64,000 nt of DNA. Source: Auanema rhodensis (Eukaryota > Animalia > Nematoda). The notes below the pieces were generated by a model, which was not told the origin of the DNA, ran no database searches, and saw only the letters and a program-made list of their open reading frames with translations. Below are positions 24,521-40,761 of the stretch, in pieces. A program made the position numbers and the translations under genes. The stretch covers positions 14,756,001 through 14,820,000 of the forward strand of contig OZ059900.1 of assembly GCA_964057225.1 (NCBI GenBank), written 5' to 3'. How positions within the stretch are numbered: position 1 is the first letter of the stretch; each line of letters begins with the position of its first letter.

Positions 24521-24592
24521 CTCCCCGTCCGGGAATTGAACCCGGGTCTCGCATGTGACAGACGCGGATTCTCACCACTATACTACCGTGGA
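24521..24592 (-). pseudogene. tRNA-Asp(GTC) T4A/T23A/C66A allele, probable pseudogene (representative)
   Basis: Plus strand ccccgtcc, ggattctc and accgtgga give A4-G69, A12-A23 and G7-A66 mismatches. Confidence 0.7.
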
Positions 24593-27500
24593 TTGAATTC
24601 GCACTTAGAAACTTTCATTAAGAGTGTGAGTTTGAATTATAGTAGAAAAATGAAACACTGTCTCTAACATATCTTGATTTATGGCCTACTTTACTCAAAG
24701 AGCTAATTGGATTTGGTGTTAGAATGAACAATTGATTAACGCTGACGTTTTAATTTTTTTCATCGTAATTAAGATAGAACACTTAAATAAAATAGAAATG
24801 TTTGAAAATTTAAAAAAAAATCACAAGCTCAAACCACTTTTGAAAAAGCAGAAAGTTTAAAACAATCTTTTTTCTAATAATTATCGTCTTCATCCGACTT
24901 TTTGAAGAAAACAAAAATAGCATAACATTCAATAACGATGAATCCGAACAAAAACATTCTCCCCGGCCGGGAATTGAACCCGGGTCTCGCATGTGACAGA
25001 CGCGGATACTCACCACTATACTACCGAGGATTGAATTTGCACTTAGAAACTTTCATTAAGAGTGTGAGTTTGAATTAAAGTAGAAAAATGAAACACTTTC
25101 TCTAACATATCTTGATTTATGGCCTACTTTACTCAAAGAGCTAATTGAAGTTTGGTGTTAAAATGAACAATTGATTAACGCTGACGTTCCGTTTTTTTTT
25201 CATAGTAATTGAGATAGAACATTTAAATTAAATGGAAATGTTTAAAAATTTAGAAAAAAAACACAAGCTCAAATCACTTTTGAAAAAACAGAAAGTTTAA
25301 AACAACCTTTTTTCTAATAATTATCTTTTTTATCCGACTTTTGGAAAAAAACAAAAATAGCATAACATTCAATAACGATGAATCAGAACAAAAACATTCT
25401 CCCCGGCCGGGAATTGAACCCGGGTCTCGCATGTGACAGACGCGGATACTCACCACTATACTACCGAGGATTGAATTTGCACTTAGAAACTTTCATTAAG
25501 AGTGTGAGTTTGAATTAAAGTAGAAAAATGAAACACTGTCTCTAACATATCTTGATTTATGGCCTACTTTACTCAAAGAGCTAATTGAAGTTTGGTGTTA
25601 CAATTAACGATTGATAAACGCTGACGTATCAATTTTTTTCATCGTAATTAAGATAGAACACTTAAATTAAATAGAAATGTTTGAAAATTTAAAAAAAAAT
25701 CACAAGCTCAAACCACTTTTGAAAAAGCAGAAAGTTTAAAACAATCTTTTTTCTAATAATTATCGTCTTTATCCGACTTTTTGAAGAAAACAAAAATAGC
25801 ATAACATTCAATAACGATGAATCAGAACAAAAACATTCTCCCCGTCCGGGAATTGAACCCGGGTCTCGCATGTGACAGACGCGGATTCTCACCACTATAC
25901 TACCGTGGATTGAATTCGCACTTAGAAACTTTCATTAAGAGTGTGAGTTCGAATTAAAGTAGAAAAATGAAACACTGTCTCTAACATATCTTGATTTATG
26001 GCCTACTTTACTCAAAGAGCTAATTGAAGTTTGGTGTTAGAATGAACAATTGATTAACGCTGACGTTTCAATTTTTTTCATCGTAATTGAGATAGAACAT
26101 TTAGAATAAATGGAAATGTTTAACAATTTAGAAAAAAAACACAAGCTCAAATCACTTTTGAAAAAACAGAAAGTTTAAAACAACCCTTTTTCTAATAATT
26201 ATCTTTTTCATCCGACTTTTGGAAAAAAACAAAAATAGCATAACATTAAATAACGATGAATCAGAACAAAAACATTCTCCCCGTCCGGGAATTGAACCCG
26301 GGTCTCGCATGTGACAGACGCGGATTCTCACCACTATACTACCGTGGATTGAATTCGCACTTAGAAACTTTCATTAAGAGTGTGAGTTTGAATTATAGTA
26401 GAAAAATGAAACACTGTCTCTAACATATCTTGATTTATGGCCTACTTTACTCAAAGAGCTAATTGAAGTTTGGTGTTACAATTAACGATTGATAAACGCT
26501 GACGTATCAATTTTTTTCATCGTAATTAAGATAGAACACTTAAATTAAATAGAAATGTTTGAAAATTTAAAAAAAATCACAAGCTCAAACCACTTTTGAA
26601 AAAGCAGAAAGTTTAAAACAATCTTTTTTCTAATAATTATCGTCTTTATCCGACTTTTTGAAGAAAACAAAAATAGCATAACATTCAATAACGATGAATC
26701 AGAACAAAAACATTCTCCCCGTCCGGGAATTGAACCCGGGTCTCGCATGTGACAGACGCGGATTCTCACCACTATACTACCGTGGATTGAATTCGCACTT
26801 AGAAACTTTCATTAAGAGTGTGAGTTTGAATTAAAGTAGAAAAATGAAACACTGTCTCTAACATATCTTGATTTATGGCCTACTTTACTCAAAGAGCTAA
26901 TTGAAGTTTGGTGTTAGAATGAACAATTGATTAACGCTGACGTTTCAATTTTTTTCATCGTAATTGAGATAGAACATTTAGAATAAATGGAAATGTTTAA
27001 CAATTTAGAAAAAAAACACAAGCTCAAATCACTTTTGAAAAAACAGAAAGTTCAAAACAACCCTTTTTCTAATAATTATCTTTTTCATCCGACTTTTGGA
27101 AAAAAACAAAAATAGCATAACATTAAATAACGATGAATCAGAACAAAAACATTCTCCCCGTCCGGGAATTGAACCCGGGTCTCGCATGTGACAGACGCGG
27201 ATTCTCACCACTATACTACCGTGGATTGAATTCGCACTTAGAAACTTTCATTAAGAGTGTGAGTTTGAATTAAAGTAGAAAAATGAAACACTGTCTCTAA
27301 CATATCTTGATTTATGGCCTACTTTACTCAAAGAGCTAATTGAAGTTTGGTGTTAGAATGAACAATTGATTAACGCTGACGTTTCAATTTTTTTCATCGT
27401 AATTGAGATAGAACATTTAGAATAAATGGAAATGTTTAACAATTTAGAAAAAAAACACAAGCTCAAATCACTTTTGAAAAAACAGAAAGTTTAAAACAAC

Positions 27501-30500
27501 CCTTTTTCTAATAATTATCTTTTTCATCCGACTTTTGGAAAAAAACAAAAATAGCATAACATTAAATAACGATGAATCAGAACAAAAACATTCTCCCCGT
27601 CCGGGAATTGAACCCGGGTCTCGCATGTGACAGACGCGGATTCTCACCACTATACTACCGTGGATTGAACTCGCACTTAGAAACTTTCATTAAGAGTGTG
27701 AGTTTGAATTATAGTAGAAAAATGAAACACTGTCTCTAACATATCTTGATTTATGGCCTACTTTACTCAAAGAGCTAATTGAAGTTTGGTGTTACAATTA
27801 ACGATTGATAAACGCTGACGTATCAATTTTTTTCATCGTAATTAAGATAGAACACTTAAATTAAATAGAAATATTTGAAAATTTAAAAAAAAATCACAAG
27901 CTCAAACCACTTTTGAAAAAGCAGAAAGTTTAAAACAATCTTTTTTCTAATAATTATCGTCTTTATCCGACTTTTTGAAGAAAACAAAAATAGCATAACA
28001 TTCAATAACGATGAATCAGAACAAAAACATTCTCCCCGTCCGGGAATTGAACCCGGGTCTCGCATGTGACAGACGCGGATTCTCACCACTATACTACCGT
28101 GGATTGAATTCGCACTTAGAAACTTTCATTAAGAGTGTGAGTTTGAATTAAAGTAGAAAAATGAAACACTGTCTCTAACATATCTTGATTTATGGCCTAC
28201 TTTACTCAAAGAGCTAATTGAAGTTTGGTGTTAGAATGAACAATTGATTAACGCTGACGTTTCAATTTTTTTCATCGTAATTGAGATAGAACATTTAGAA
28301 TAAATGGAAATGTTTAACAATTTAGAAAAAAAACACAAGCTCAAATCACTTTTGAAAAAACAGAAAGTTTAAAACAACCCTTTTTCTAATAATTATCTTT
28401 TTCATCCGACTTTTGGAAAAAAACAAAAATAGCATAACATTAAATAACGATGAATCAGAACAAAAACATTCTCCCCGTCCGGGAATTGAACCCGGGTCTC
28501 GCATGTGACAGACGCGGATTCTCACCACTATACTACCGTGGATTGAATTCGCACTTAGAAACTTTCATTAAGAGTGTGAGTTTGAATTATAGTAGAAAAA
28601 TGAAACACTGTCTCTAACATATCTTGATTTATGGCCTACTTTACTCAAAGAGCTAATTGGATTTGGTGTTAGAATGAACAATTGATTAACGCTGACGTTT
28701 TAATTTTTTTCATCGTAATTAAGATAGAACACTTAAATAAAATAGAAATGTTTGAAAATTTAAAAAAAAATCACAAGCTCAAACCACTTTTGAAAAAGCA
28801 GAAAGTTTAAAACAATCTTTTTTCTAATAATTATCGTCTTCATCCGACTTTTTGAAGAAAACAAAAATAGCATAACATTCAATAACGATGAATCCGAACA
28901 AAAACATTCTCCCCGGCCGGGAATTGAACCCGGGTCTCGCATGTGACAGACGCGGATACTCACCACTATACTACCGAGGATTGAATTTGCACTTAGAAAC
29001 TTTCATTAAGAGTGTGAGTTTGAATTAAAGTAGAAAAATGAAACACTTTCTCTAACATATCTTGATTTATGGCCTACTTTAGTCAAAGAGCTAATTGAAG
29101 TTTGGTGTTAAAATGAACAATTGATTAACGCTGACGTTCCGTTTTTTTTTCATAGTAATTGAGATAGAACATTTAAATTAAATGGAAATGTTTAAAAATT
29201 TAGAAAAAAAACACAAGCTCAAATCACTTTTGAAAAAACAGAAAGTTTAAAACAACCTTTTTTCTAATAATTATCTTTTTTATCCGACTTTTGGAAAAAA
29301 ACAAAAATAGCATAACATTCAATAACGATGAATCAGAACAAAAACATTCTCCCCGGCCGGGAATTGAACCCGGGTCTCGCATGTGACAGACGCGGATACT
29401 CACCACTATACTACCGAGGATTGAATTTGCACTTAGAAACTTTCATTAAGAGTGTGAGTTTGAATTAAAGTAGAAAAATGAAACACTGTCTCTAACATAT
29501 CTTGATTTATGGCCTACTTTACTCAAAGAGCTAATTGAAGTTTGGTGTTACAATTAACGATTGATAAACGCTGACGTATCAATTTTTTTCATCGTAATTA
29601 AGATAGAACACTTTAATTAAATAGAAATGTTTGAAAATTTAAAAAAAAATCACAAGCTCAAACCACTTTTGAAAAAGCAGAAAGTTTAAAACAATCTTTT
29701 TTCTAATAATTATCGTCTTTATCCGACTTTTTGAAGAAAACAAAAATAGCATAACATTCAATAACGATGAATCAGAACAAAAACATTCTCCCCGTCCGGG
29801 AATTGAACCCGGGTCTCGCATGTGACAGACGCGGATTCTCACCACTATACTACCGTGGATTGAATTCGCACTTAGAAACTTTCATTAAGAGTGTGAGTTT
29901 GAATTAAAGTAGAAAAATGAAACACTGTCTCTAACATATCTTGATTTATGGCCTACTTTACTCAAAGAGCTAATTGAAGTTTGGTGTTAGAATGAACAAT
30001 TGATTAACGCTGACGTTTCAATTTTTTTCATCGTAATTGAGATAGAACATTTAGAATAAATGGAAAAGTTTAACAATTTAGAAAAAAAACACAAGCTCAA
30101 ATCACTTTTGAAAAAACAGAAAGTTTAAAACAACCCTTTTTCTAATAATTATCTTTTTCATCCGACTTTTGGAAAAAAACAAAAATAGCATAACATTAAA
30201 TAACGATGAATCAGAACAAAAACATTCTCCCCGTCCGGGAATTGAACCCGGGTCTCGCATGTGACAGACGCGGATTCTCACCACTATACTACCGTGGATT
30301 GAATTCGCACTTAGAAACTTTCATTAAGAGTGTGAGTTTGAATTATAGTAGAAAAATGAAACACTGTCTCTAACATATCTTGATTTATGGCCTACTTTAC
30401 TCAAAGAGCTAATTGGATTTGGTGTTAGAATGAACAATTGATTAACGCTGACGTTTTAATTTTTTTCATCGTAATTAAGATAGAACACTTAAATAAAATA

Positions 30501-33500
30501 GAAATGTTTGAAAATTTAAAAAAAAATCACAAGCTCAAACCACTTTTGAAAAAGCAGAAAGTTTAAAACAATCTTTTTTCTAATAATTATCGTCTTCATC
30601 CGACTTTTTGAAGAAAACAAAAATAGCGTAACATTCAATAACGATGAATCCGAACAAAAACATTCTCCCCGGCCGGGAATTGAACCCGGGTCTCGCATGT
30701 GACAGACGCGGATACTCACCACTATACTACCGAGGATTGAATTTGCACTTAGAAACTTTCATTAAGAGTGTGAGTTTGAATTAAAGTAGAAAAATGAAAC
30801 ACTTTCTCTAACATATCTTGATTTATGGCCTACTTTACTCAAAGAGCTAATTGAAGTTTGGTGTTAAAATGAACAATTGATTAACGCTGACGTTCCGTTT
30901 TTTTTTCATAGTAATTGAGATAGAACATTTAAATTAAATGGAAATGTTTAAAAATTTAGAAAAAAAACACAAGCTAAAATCACTTTTGAAAAAACAGAAA
31001 GTTTAAAACAACCTTTTTTCTAATAATTATCTTTTTTATCCGACTTTTGGAAAAAAACAAAAATAGCATAACATTCAATAACGATGAATCAGAACAAAAA
31101 CATTCTCCCCGGCCGGGAATTGAACCCGGGTCTCGCATGTGACAGACGCGGATACTCACCACTATACTACCGAGGATTGAATTTGCACTTAGAAACTTTC
31201 ATTAAGAGTGTGAGTTTGAATTAAAGTAGAAAAATAAAACACTGTCTCTAACATATCTTGATTTATGGCCTACTTTACTCAAAGAGCTAATTGAAGTTTG
31301 GTGTTACAATTAACGATTGATAAACGCTGACGTATCAATTTTTTTCATCGTAATTAAGATAGAACACTTAAATTAAATAGAAATGTTCGAAAATTTAAAA
31401 AAAAATCACAAGCTCAAACCACTTTTGAAAAAGCAGAAAGTTTAAAACAATCTTTTTTCTAATAATTATCGTCTTTATCCGGCTTTTTGAAGAAAACAAA
31501 AACAGCATAACATTCAATAACGATAAATCAGAACAAAAACATTCTCCTTGGCCGGGAATTGAACCCGGGTCTCGCATGTGACAGACGCGGATACTTACCA
31601 CTATACTACCGAGGATTGAATTTGCACTTAGAAACTTTCATTAAGAGTGTGAGTTTGAATTAAAGTAGAAAAATGAAACACTGTCTCTAACATATCTTGA
31701 TTTATGGCCTACTTTACTCAAAGAGCTAATTGAAGTTTGGTGTTACAATTAACGATTGATAAACGCTGACGTATCAATTTTTTTCATCGTAATTAAGATA
31801 GAACACTTAAACCAAATAGAAATGTTTGAAAATTTAAAAAAAAATCACAAGCTCAAATCACTTTTGAAAAAGCAGAAAGTTTAAAACAATCTTTTTTCTA
31901 ATAATTATCGTTTTTATCCGACTTTTTGAAGAAAACAAAAATAGCATAACATTCAATAACGATGAATCAGAACAAAAACATTCTCCCCGTCCGGGAATTG
32001 AACCCGGGTCTCGCATGTGACAGACGCGGATTCTCACCACTATACTACCGTGGATTGAATTCGCACTTAGAAACTTTCATTAAGAGTGTGAGTTTGAATT
32101 AAAGTAGAAAAATGAAACACTGTCTCTAACATATCTTGATTTATGGCCTACTTTACTCAAAGAGCTAATTGAAGTTTGGTGTTAGAATGAACAATTGATT
32201 AACGCTGACGTTTCAATTTTTTTCATCGTAATTGAGATAGAACATTTAGAATAAATGGAAATGTTTAACAATTTAGAAAAAAAACACAAGCTCAAATCAC
32301 TTTTGAAAAAACAGAAAGTTTAAAACAACCCTTTTTCTAATAATTATCTTTTTCATCCGACTTTTGGAAAAAAACAAAAATAGCATAACATTAAATAACG
32401 ATGAATCAGAACAAAAACATTCTCCCCGTTCGGGAATTGAACCCGGGTCTCGCATGTGACAGACGCGGATTCTCACCACTATACTACCGTGGATTGAATT
32501 CGCACTTAGAAACTTTCATTAAGAGTGTGAGTTTGAATTATAGTAGAAAAATGAAACACTGTCTCTAAAATATCTTGATTTATGGCCTACTTTACTCAAA
32601 GAGCTAATTGGATTTGGTGTTAGAATGAACAATTGATTAACGCTGACGTTTTAATTTTTTTCATCGTAATTAAGATAGAACACTTAAATAAAATAGAAAT
32701 GTTTGAAAATTTAAAAAAAAATCACAAGCTCAAACCACTTTTGAAAAAGCAGAAAGTTTAAAACAATCTTTTTTCTAATAATTATCGTCTTCATCCGACT
32801 TTTTGAAGAAAACAAAAATAGCATAACATTCAATAACGATGAATCCGAACAAAAACATTCTCCCCGGCCGGGAATTGAACCCGGGTCTCGCATGTGACAG
32901 ACGCGGATACTCACCACTATTCTACCGAGGATTGAATTTGCACTTAGAAACTTTCATTAAGAGTGTGAGTTTGAATTAAAGTAGAAAAATGAAACACTTT
33001 CTCTAACATATCTTGATTTATGGCCTACTTTACTCAAAGAGCTAATTGAAGTTTGGTGTTAAAATGAACAATTGATTAACGCTGACGTTCCGTTTTTTTT
33101 TCATAGTAATTGAGATAGAACATTTAAATTAAATGGAAATGTTTAAAAATTTAGAAAAAAAACACAAGCTAAAATCACTTTTGAAAAAACAGAAAGTTTA
33201 AAACAACCTTTTTTCTAATAATTATCTTTTTTATCCGACTTTTGGAAAAAAACAAAAATAGCATAACATTCAATAACGATGAATCAGAACAAAAACATTC
33301 TCCCCGGCCGGGAATTGAACCCGGGTCTCGCATGTGACAGACGCGGATACTCACCACTATACTACCGAGGATTGAATTTGCACTTAGAAACTTTCATTAA
33401 GAGTGTGAGTTTGAATTAAAGTAGAAAAATAAAACACTGTCTCTAACATATCTTGATTTATGGCCTACTTTACTCAAAGAGCTAATTGAAGTTTGGTGTT

Positions 33501-36500
33501 ACAATTAACGATTGATAAACGCTGACGTATCAATTTTTTTCATCGTAATTAAGATAGAACACTTAAATTAAATAGAAATGTTCGAAAATTTAAAAAAAAA
33601 TCACAAGCTCAAACCACTTTTGAAAAAGCAGAAAGTTTAAAACAATCTTTTTTCTAATAATTATCGTCTTTATCCGGCTTTTTGAAGAAAACAAAAACAG
33701 CATAACATTCAATAACGATGAATCAGAACAAAAACATTCTCCTTGGCCGGGAATTGAACCCGGGTCTCGCATGTGACAGACGCGGATACTTACCACTATA
33801 CTACCGAGGATTGAATTTGCACTTAGAAACTTTCATTAAGAGTGTGAGTTTGAATTAAAGTAGAAAAATGAAACACTGTCTCTAACATATCTTGATTTAT
33901 GGCCTACTTTACTCAAAGAGCTAATTGAAGTTTGGTGTTACAATTAACGATTGATAAACGCTGACGTATCAATTTTTTTCATCGTAATTAAGATAGAACA
34001 CTTAAACCAAATAGAAATGTTTGAAAATTTAAAAAAAAATCACAAGCTCAAATCACTTTTGAAAAAGCAGAAAGTTTAAAACAATCTTTTTTCTAATAAT
34101 TATCGTTTTTATCCGACTTTTTGAAGAAAACAAAAATAGCATAACATTCAATAACGATGAATCAGAACAAAAACATTCTCCCCGGCCGGGAATTGAACCC
34201 GGGTCTCGCATGTGACAGACGCGGATACTCACCACTATACTACCGAGGATTGAATTTGCACTTAGAAACTTTCATTAAGAGTGTGAGTTTGAATTAAAGT
34301 AGAAAAATGAAACACTGTCTCTAACATATCTTGATTTATGGCCTACTTTACTCAAAGAGCTAATTGAAGTTTGGTGTTACAATTAACGATTGATTAACGC
34401 TGACGTTTCAATTTTTTTCATCGTAATTAAGATAGAACACTTAAATAAAATAGAAATGTTTGAAAATTTAAAAAAAAATCACAAGCTCAAACCACTTTTG
34501 AAAAAGCAGAAAGTTTAAAACAATCTTTTTTCTAATAATTATCGTCTTTATCCGACTTTTTGAAGAAAACAAAAATAGCATAACATTCAATAACGATGAA
34601 TCAGAACAAAAACATTCTCCCCGGCCGGGAATTGAACCCGGGTCTCGCATGTGACAGACGCGGATACTTACCACTATACTACCGAGGATTGAATTTGCAC
34701 TTAGAAACTTTCATTAAGAGTGTGAGTTTGAATTAAAGTAGAAAAATGAAACACTGTCTCTAACATATCTTGATTTATGGCCTACTTTACTCAAAGAGCT
34801 AATTGAAGTTTGGTGTTACAATTAACGATTGATAAACGCTGACGTATCAATTTTTTTCATCGTAATTAAGATAGAACACTTAAATTAAATAGAAATGTTT
34901 AACAATTTAGAAAAAAAACACAAGCTCAAATCACTTTTGAAAAAACAGAAAGTTTAAAACAACCCTTTTTCTAATAATTATCTTTTTCATCCGACTTTTG
35001 GAAAAAAACAAAAATAGCATAACATTAAATAACGATGAATCAGAACAAAAACATTCTCCCCGTTCGGGAATTGAACCCGGGTCTCGCATGTGACAGACGC
35101 GGATTCTCACCACTATACTACCGTGGATTGAATTCGCACTTAGAAACTTTCATTAAGAGTGTGAGTTTGAATTATAGTAGAAAAATGAAACACTGTCTCT
35201 AACATATCTTGATTTATGGCCTACTTTACTCAAAGAGCTAATTGGATTTGGTGTTAGAATGAACAATTGATTAACGCTGACGTTTTAATTTTTTTCATCG
35301 TAATTAAGATAGAACACTTAAATAAAATAGAAATGTTTGAAAATTTAAAAAAAAATCACAAGCTCAAACCACTTTTGAAAAAGCAGAAAGTTTAAAACAA
35401 TCTTTTTTCTAATAATTATCGTCTTCATCCGACTTTTTGAAGAAAACAAAAATAGCATAACATTCAATAACGATGAATCCGAACAAAAACATTCTCCCCG
35501 GCCGGGAATTGAACCCGGGTCTCGCATGTGACAGACGCGGATACTCACCACTATACTACCGAGGATTGAATTTGCACTTAGAAACTTTCATTAAGAGTGT
35601 GAGTTTGAATTAAAGTAGAAAAATGAAACACTTTCTCTAACATATCTTGATTTATGGCCTACTTTACTCAAAGAGCTAATTGAAGTTTGGTGTTAAAATG
35701 AACAATTGATTAACGCTGACGTTCCGTTTTTTTTTCATAGTAATTGAGATAGAACATTTAAATTAAATGGAAATGTTTAAAAATTTAGAAAAAAAACACA
35801 AGCTAAAATCACTTTTGAAAAAACAGAAAGTTTAAAACAACCTTTTTTCTAATAATTATCTTTTTTATCCGACTTTTGGAAAAAAACAAAAATAGCATAA
35901 CATTCAATAACGATGAATCAGAACAAAAACATTCTCCCCGGCCGGGAATTGAACCCGGGTCTCGCATGTGACAGACGCGGATACTCACCACTATACTACC
36001 GAGGATTGAATTTGCACTTAGAAACTTTCATTAAGAGTGTGAGTTTGAATTAAAGTAGAAAAATAAAACACTGTCTCTAACATATCTTGATTTATGGCCT
36101 ACTTTACTCAAAGAGCTAATTGAAGTTTGGTGTTACAATTAACGATTGATAAACGCTGACGTATCAATTTTTTTCATCGTAATTAAGATAGAACACTTAA
36201 ACCAAATAGAAATGTTTGAAAATTTAAAAAAAAATCACAAGCTCAAATCACTTTTGAAAAAGCAGAAAGTTTAAAACAATCTTTTTTCTAATAATTATCG
36301 TTTTTATCCGACTTTTTGAAGAAAACAAAAATAGCATAACATTCAATAACGATGAATCAGAACAAAAACATTCTCCCCGGCCGGGAATTGAACCCGGGTC
36401 TCGCATGTGACAGACGCGGATACTCACCACTATACTACCGAGGATTGAATTTGCACTTAGAAACTTTCATTAAGAGTGTGAGTTTGAATTAAAGTAGAAA

Positions 36501-39500
36501 AATGAAACACTGTCTCTAACATATCTTGATTTATGGCCTACTTTACTCAAAGAGCTAATTGAAGTTTGGTGTTACAATTAACGATTGATTAACGCTGACG
36601 TTTCAATTTTTTTCATCGTAATTAAGATAGAACACTTAAATAAAATAGAAATGTTTGAAAATTTAAAAAAAAATCACAAGCTCAAACCACTTTTGAAAAA
36701 GCAGAAAGTTTAAAACAATCTTTTTTCTAATAATTATCGTCTTTATCCGACTTTTTGAAGAAAACAAAAATAGCATAACATTCAATAACGATGAATCAGA
36801 ACAAAAACATTCTCCCCGGCCGGGAATTGAACCCGGGTCTCGCATGTGACAGACGCGGATACTTACCACTATACTACCGAGGATTGAATTTGCACTTAGA
36901 AACTTTCATTAAGAGTGTGAGTTTGAATTAAAATAGAAAAATGAAACACTGTCTCTAACATATCTTGATTTATGGCCTACTTTACTCAAAGAGCTAATTG
37001 AAGTTTGGTGTTACAATTAACGATTGATAAACGCTGACGTATCAATTTTTTTCATCGTAATTAAGATAGAACACTTAAATTAAATAGAAATGTTTAACAA
37101 TTTAGAAAAAAAACACAAGCTCAAATCACTTTTGAAAAAACAGAAAGTTTAAAACAACCCTTTTTCTAATAATTATCTTTTTCATCCGACTTTTGGAAAA
37201 AAACAAAAATAGCATAACATTAAATAACGATGAATCAGAACAAAAACATTCTCCCCGTTCGGGAATTGAACCCGGGTCTCGCATGTGACAGACGCGGATT
37301 CTGACCACTATACTACCGTGGATTGAATTCGCACTTAGAAACTTTCATTAAGAGTGTGAGTTTGAATTATAGTAGAAAAATGAAACACTGTCTCTAACAT
37401 ATCTTGATTTATGGCCTACTTTACTCAAAGAGCTAATTGGATTTGGTGTTAGAATGAACAATTGATTAACGCTGACGTTTTAATTTTTTTCATCGTAATT
37501 AAGATAGAACACTTAAATAAAATAGAAATGTTTGAAAATTTAAAAAAAAATCACAAGCTCAAACCACTTTTGAAAAAGCAGAAAGTTTAAAACAATCTTT
37601 TTTCTAATAATTATCGTCTTCATCCGACTTTTTGAAGAAAACAAAAATAGCATAACATTCAATAACGATGAATCCGAACAAAAACATTCTCCCCGGCCGG
37701 GAATTGAACCCGGGTCTCGCATGTGACAGACGCGGATACTCACCACTATACTACCGAGGATTGAATTTGCACTTAGAAACTTTCATTAAGAGTGTGAGTT
37801 TGAATTAAAGTAGAAAAATAAAACACTGTCTCTAACATATCTTGATTTATGGCCTACTTTACTCAAAGAGCTAATTGAAGTTTGGTGTTACAATTAACGA
37901 TTGATAAACGCTGACGTATCAATTTTTTTCATCGTAATTAAGATAGAACACTTAAATTAAATAGAAATGTTCGAAAATTTAAAAAAAAATCACAAGCTCA
38001 AACCACTTTTGAAAAAGCAGAAAGTTTAAAACAATCTTTTTTCTAATAATTATCGTCTTTATCCGGCTTTTTGAAGAAAACAAAAACAGCATAACATTCA
38101 ATAACGATGAATCAGAACAAAAACATTCTCCTTGGCCGGGAATTGAACCCGGGTCTCGCATGTGACAGACGCGGATACTTACCACTATACTACCGAGGAT
38201 TGAATTTGCACTTAGAAACTTTCATTAAGAGTGTGAGTTTGAATTAAAGTAGAAAAATGAAACACTGTCTCTAACATATCTTGATTTATGGCCTACTTTA
38301 CTCAAAGAGCTAATTGAAGTTTGGTGTTACAATTAACGATTGATAAACGCTGACGTATCAATTTTTTTCATCGTAATTAAGATAGAACACTTAAACCAAA
38401 TAGAAATGTTTGAAAATTTAAAAAAAAATCACAAGCTCAAATCACTTTTGAAAAAGCAGAAAGTTTAAAACAATCTTTTTTCTAATAATTATCGTTTTTA
38501 TCCGACTTTTTGAAGAAAACAAAAATAGCATAACATTCAATAACGATGAATCAGAACAAAAACATTCTCCCCGGCCGGGAATTGAACCCGGGTCTCGCAT
38601 GTGACAGACGCGGATACTCACCACTATACTACCGAGGATTGAATTTGCACTTAGAAACTTTCATTAAGAGTGTGAGTTTGAATTAAAGTAGAAAAATGAA
38701 ACACTGTCTCTAACATATCTTGATTTATGGCCTACTTTACTCAAAGAGCTAATTGAAGTTTGGTGTTACAATTAACGATTGATTAACGCTGACGTTTCAA
38801 TTTTTTTCATCGTAATTAAGATAGAACACTTAAATAAAATAGAAATGTTTGAAAATTTAAAAAAAAATCACAAGCTCAAACCACTTTTGAAAAAGCAGAA
38901 AGTTTAAAACAATCTTTTTTCTAATAATTATCGTCTTTATCCGACTTTTTGAAGAAAACAAAAATAGCATAACATTCAATAACGATGAATCAGAACAAAA
39001 ACATTCTCCCCGGCCGGGAATTGAACCCGGGTCTCGCATGTGACAGACGCGGATACTTACCACTATACTACCGAGGATTGAATTTGCACTTAGAAACTTT
39101 CATTAAGAGTGTGAGTTTGAATTAAAGTAGAAAAATGAAACACTGTCTCTAACATATCTTGATTTATGGCCTACTTTACTCAAAGAGCTAATTGAAGTTT
39201 GGTGTTACAATTAACGATTGATAAACGCTGACGTATCAATTTTTTTCATCGTAATTAAGATAGAACACTTAAATTAAATAGAAATGTTTGAAAATTTAAA
39301 AAAAAATCACAAGCTCAAATCACTTTTGAAAAAGCAGAAAGTTTAAAACAATCTTTTTTCTAATAATTATCGTTTTTATCCGACTTTTTGAAGAAAACAA
39401 AAATAGCATAACATTCAATAACGATGAATCAGAACAAAAACATTCTCCCCGGCCGGGAATTGAACCCGGGTCTCGCATGTGACAGACGCGGATACTCACC

Positions 39501-40761
39501 ACTATACTACCGAGGATTGAATTTGCACTTAGAAACTTTCATTAAGAGTGTGAGTTTGAATTAAAGTAGAAAAATGAAACACTGTCTCTAACATATCTTG
39601 ATTTATGGCCTACTTTACTCAAAGAGCTAATTGAAGTTTGGTGTTACAATTAACGATTGATTAACGCTGACGTTTCAATTTTTTTCATCGTAATTAAGAT
39701 AGAACACTTAAATAAAATAGAAATGTTTGAAAATTTAAAAAAAAATCACAAGCTCAAACCACTTTTGAAAAAGCAGAAAGTTTAAAACAATCTTTTTTCT
39801 AATAATTATCGTCTTTATCCGACTTTTTGAAGAAAACAAAAATAGCATAACATTCAATAACGATGAATCAGAACAAAAACATTCTCCTTGGCCGGGAATT
39901 GAACCAGGGTCTCGCATGTGACAGACGCGGATACTCACCACTATACTACCGAGGATTGAATTTGCACTTAGAAACTTTCATTAAGAGTGTGAGTTTGAAT
40001 TAAAGTAGAAAAATGAAACACTGTCTCTAACATATCTTGATTTATGGCCTACTTTACTCAAAGAGCTAATTGAAGTTTGGTATTACAATTAACGATTGAT
40101 AAACGCTGACGTATCAATTTTTTTCATCGTAATTAAGATAGAACACTTAAATTAAATAGAAATGTTTGAAAATTTAAAAAAAAATCACAAGCTCAAATCA
40201 CTTTTGAAAAAGCAGAAAGTTTAAAACAATCTTTTTTCTAATAATTATCGTTTTTATCCGACTTTTTGAAGAAAACAAAAATAGCATAACATTCAATAAC
40301 GATGAATCAGAACAAAAACATTCTCCCCGGCCGGGAATTGAACCCGGGTCTCGCATGTGACAGACGCGGATACTTACCACTATACTACCGAGGATTGAAT
40401 TTGCACTTAGAAACTTTCATTAAGAGTGTGAGTTTGAATTAAAGTAGAAAAATGAAACACTGTCTCTAACATATCTTGATTTATGGCCTACTTTACTCAA
40501 AGAGCTAATTGAAGTTTGGTGTTACAATTAACGATTGATAAACGCTGACGTATCAATTTTTTTCATCGTAATTAAGATAGAACACTTAAATTAAATAGAA
40601 ATGTTTGAAAATTTAAAAAAAAATCACAAGCTCAAATCACTTTTGAAAAAGCAGAAAGTTTAAAACAATCTTTTTTCTAATAATTATCGTTTTTATCCGA
40701 CTTTTTGAAGAAAACAAAAATAGCATAACATTCAATAACGATGAATCAGAACAAAAACATT

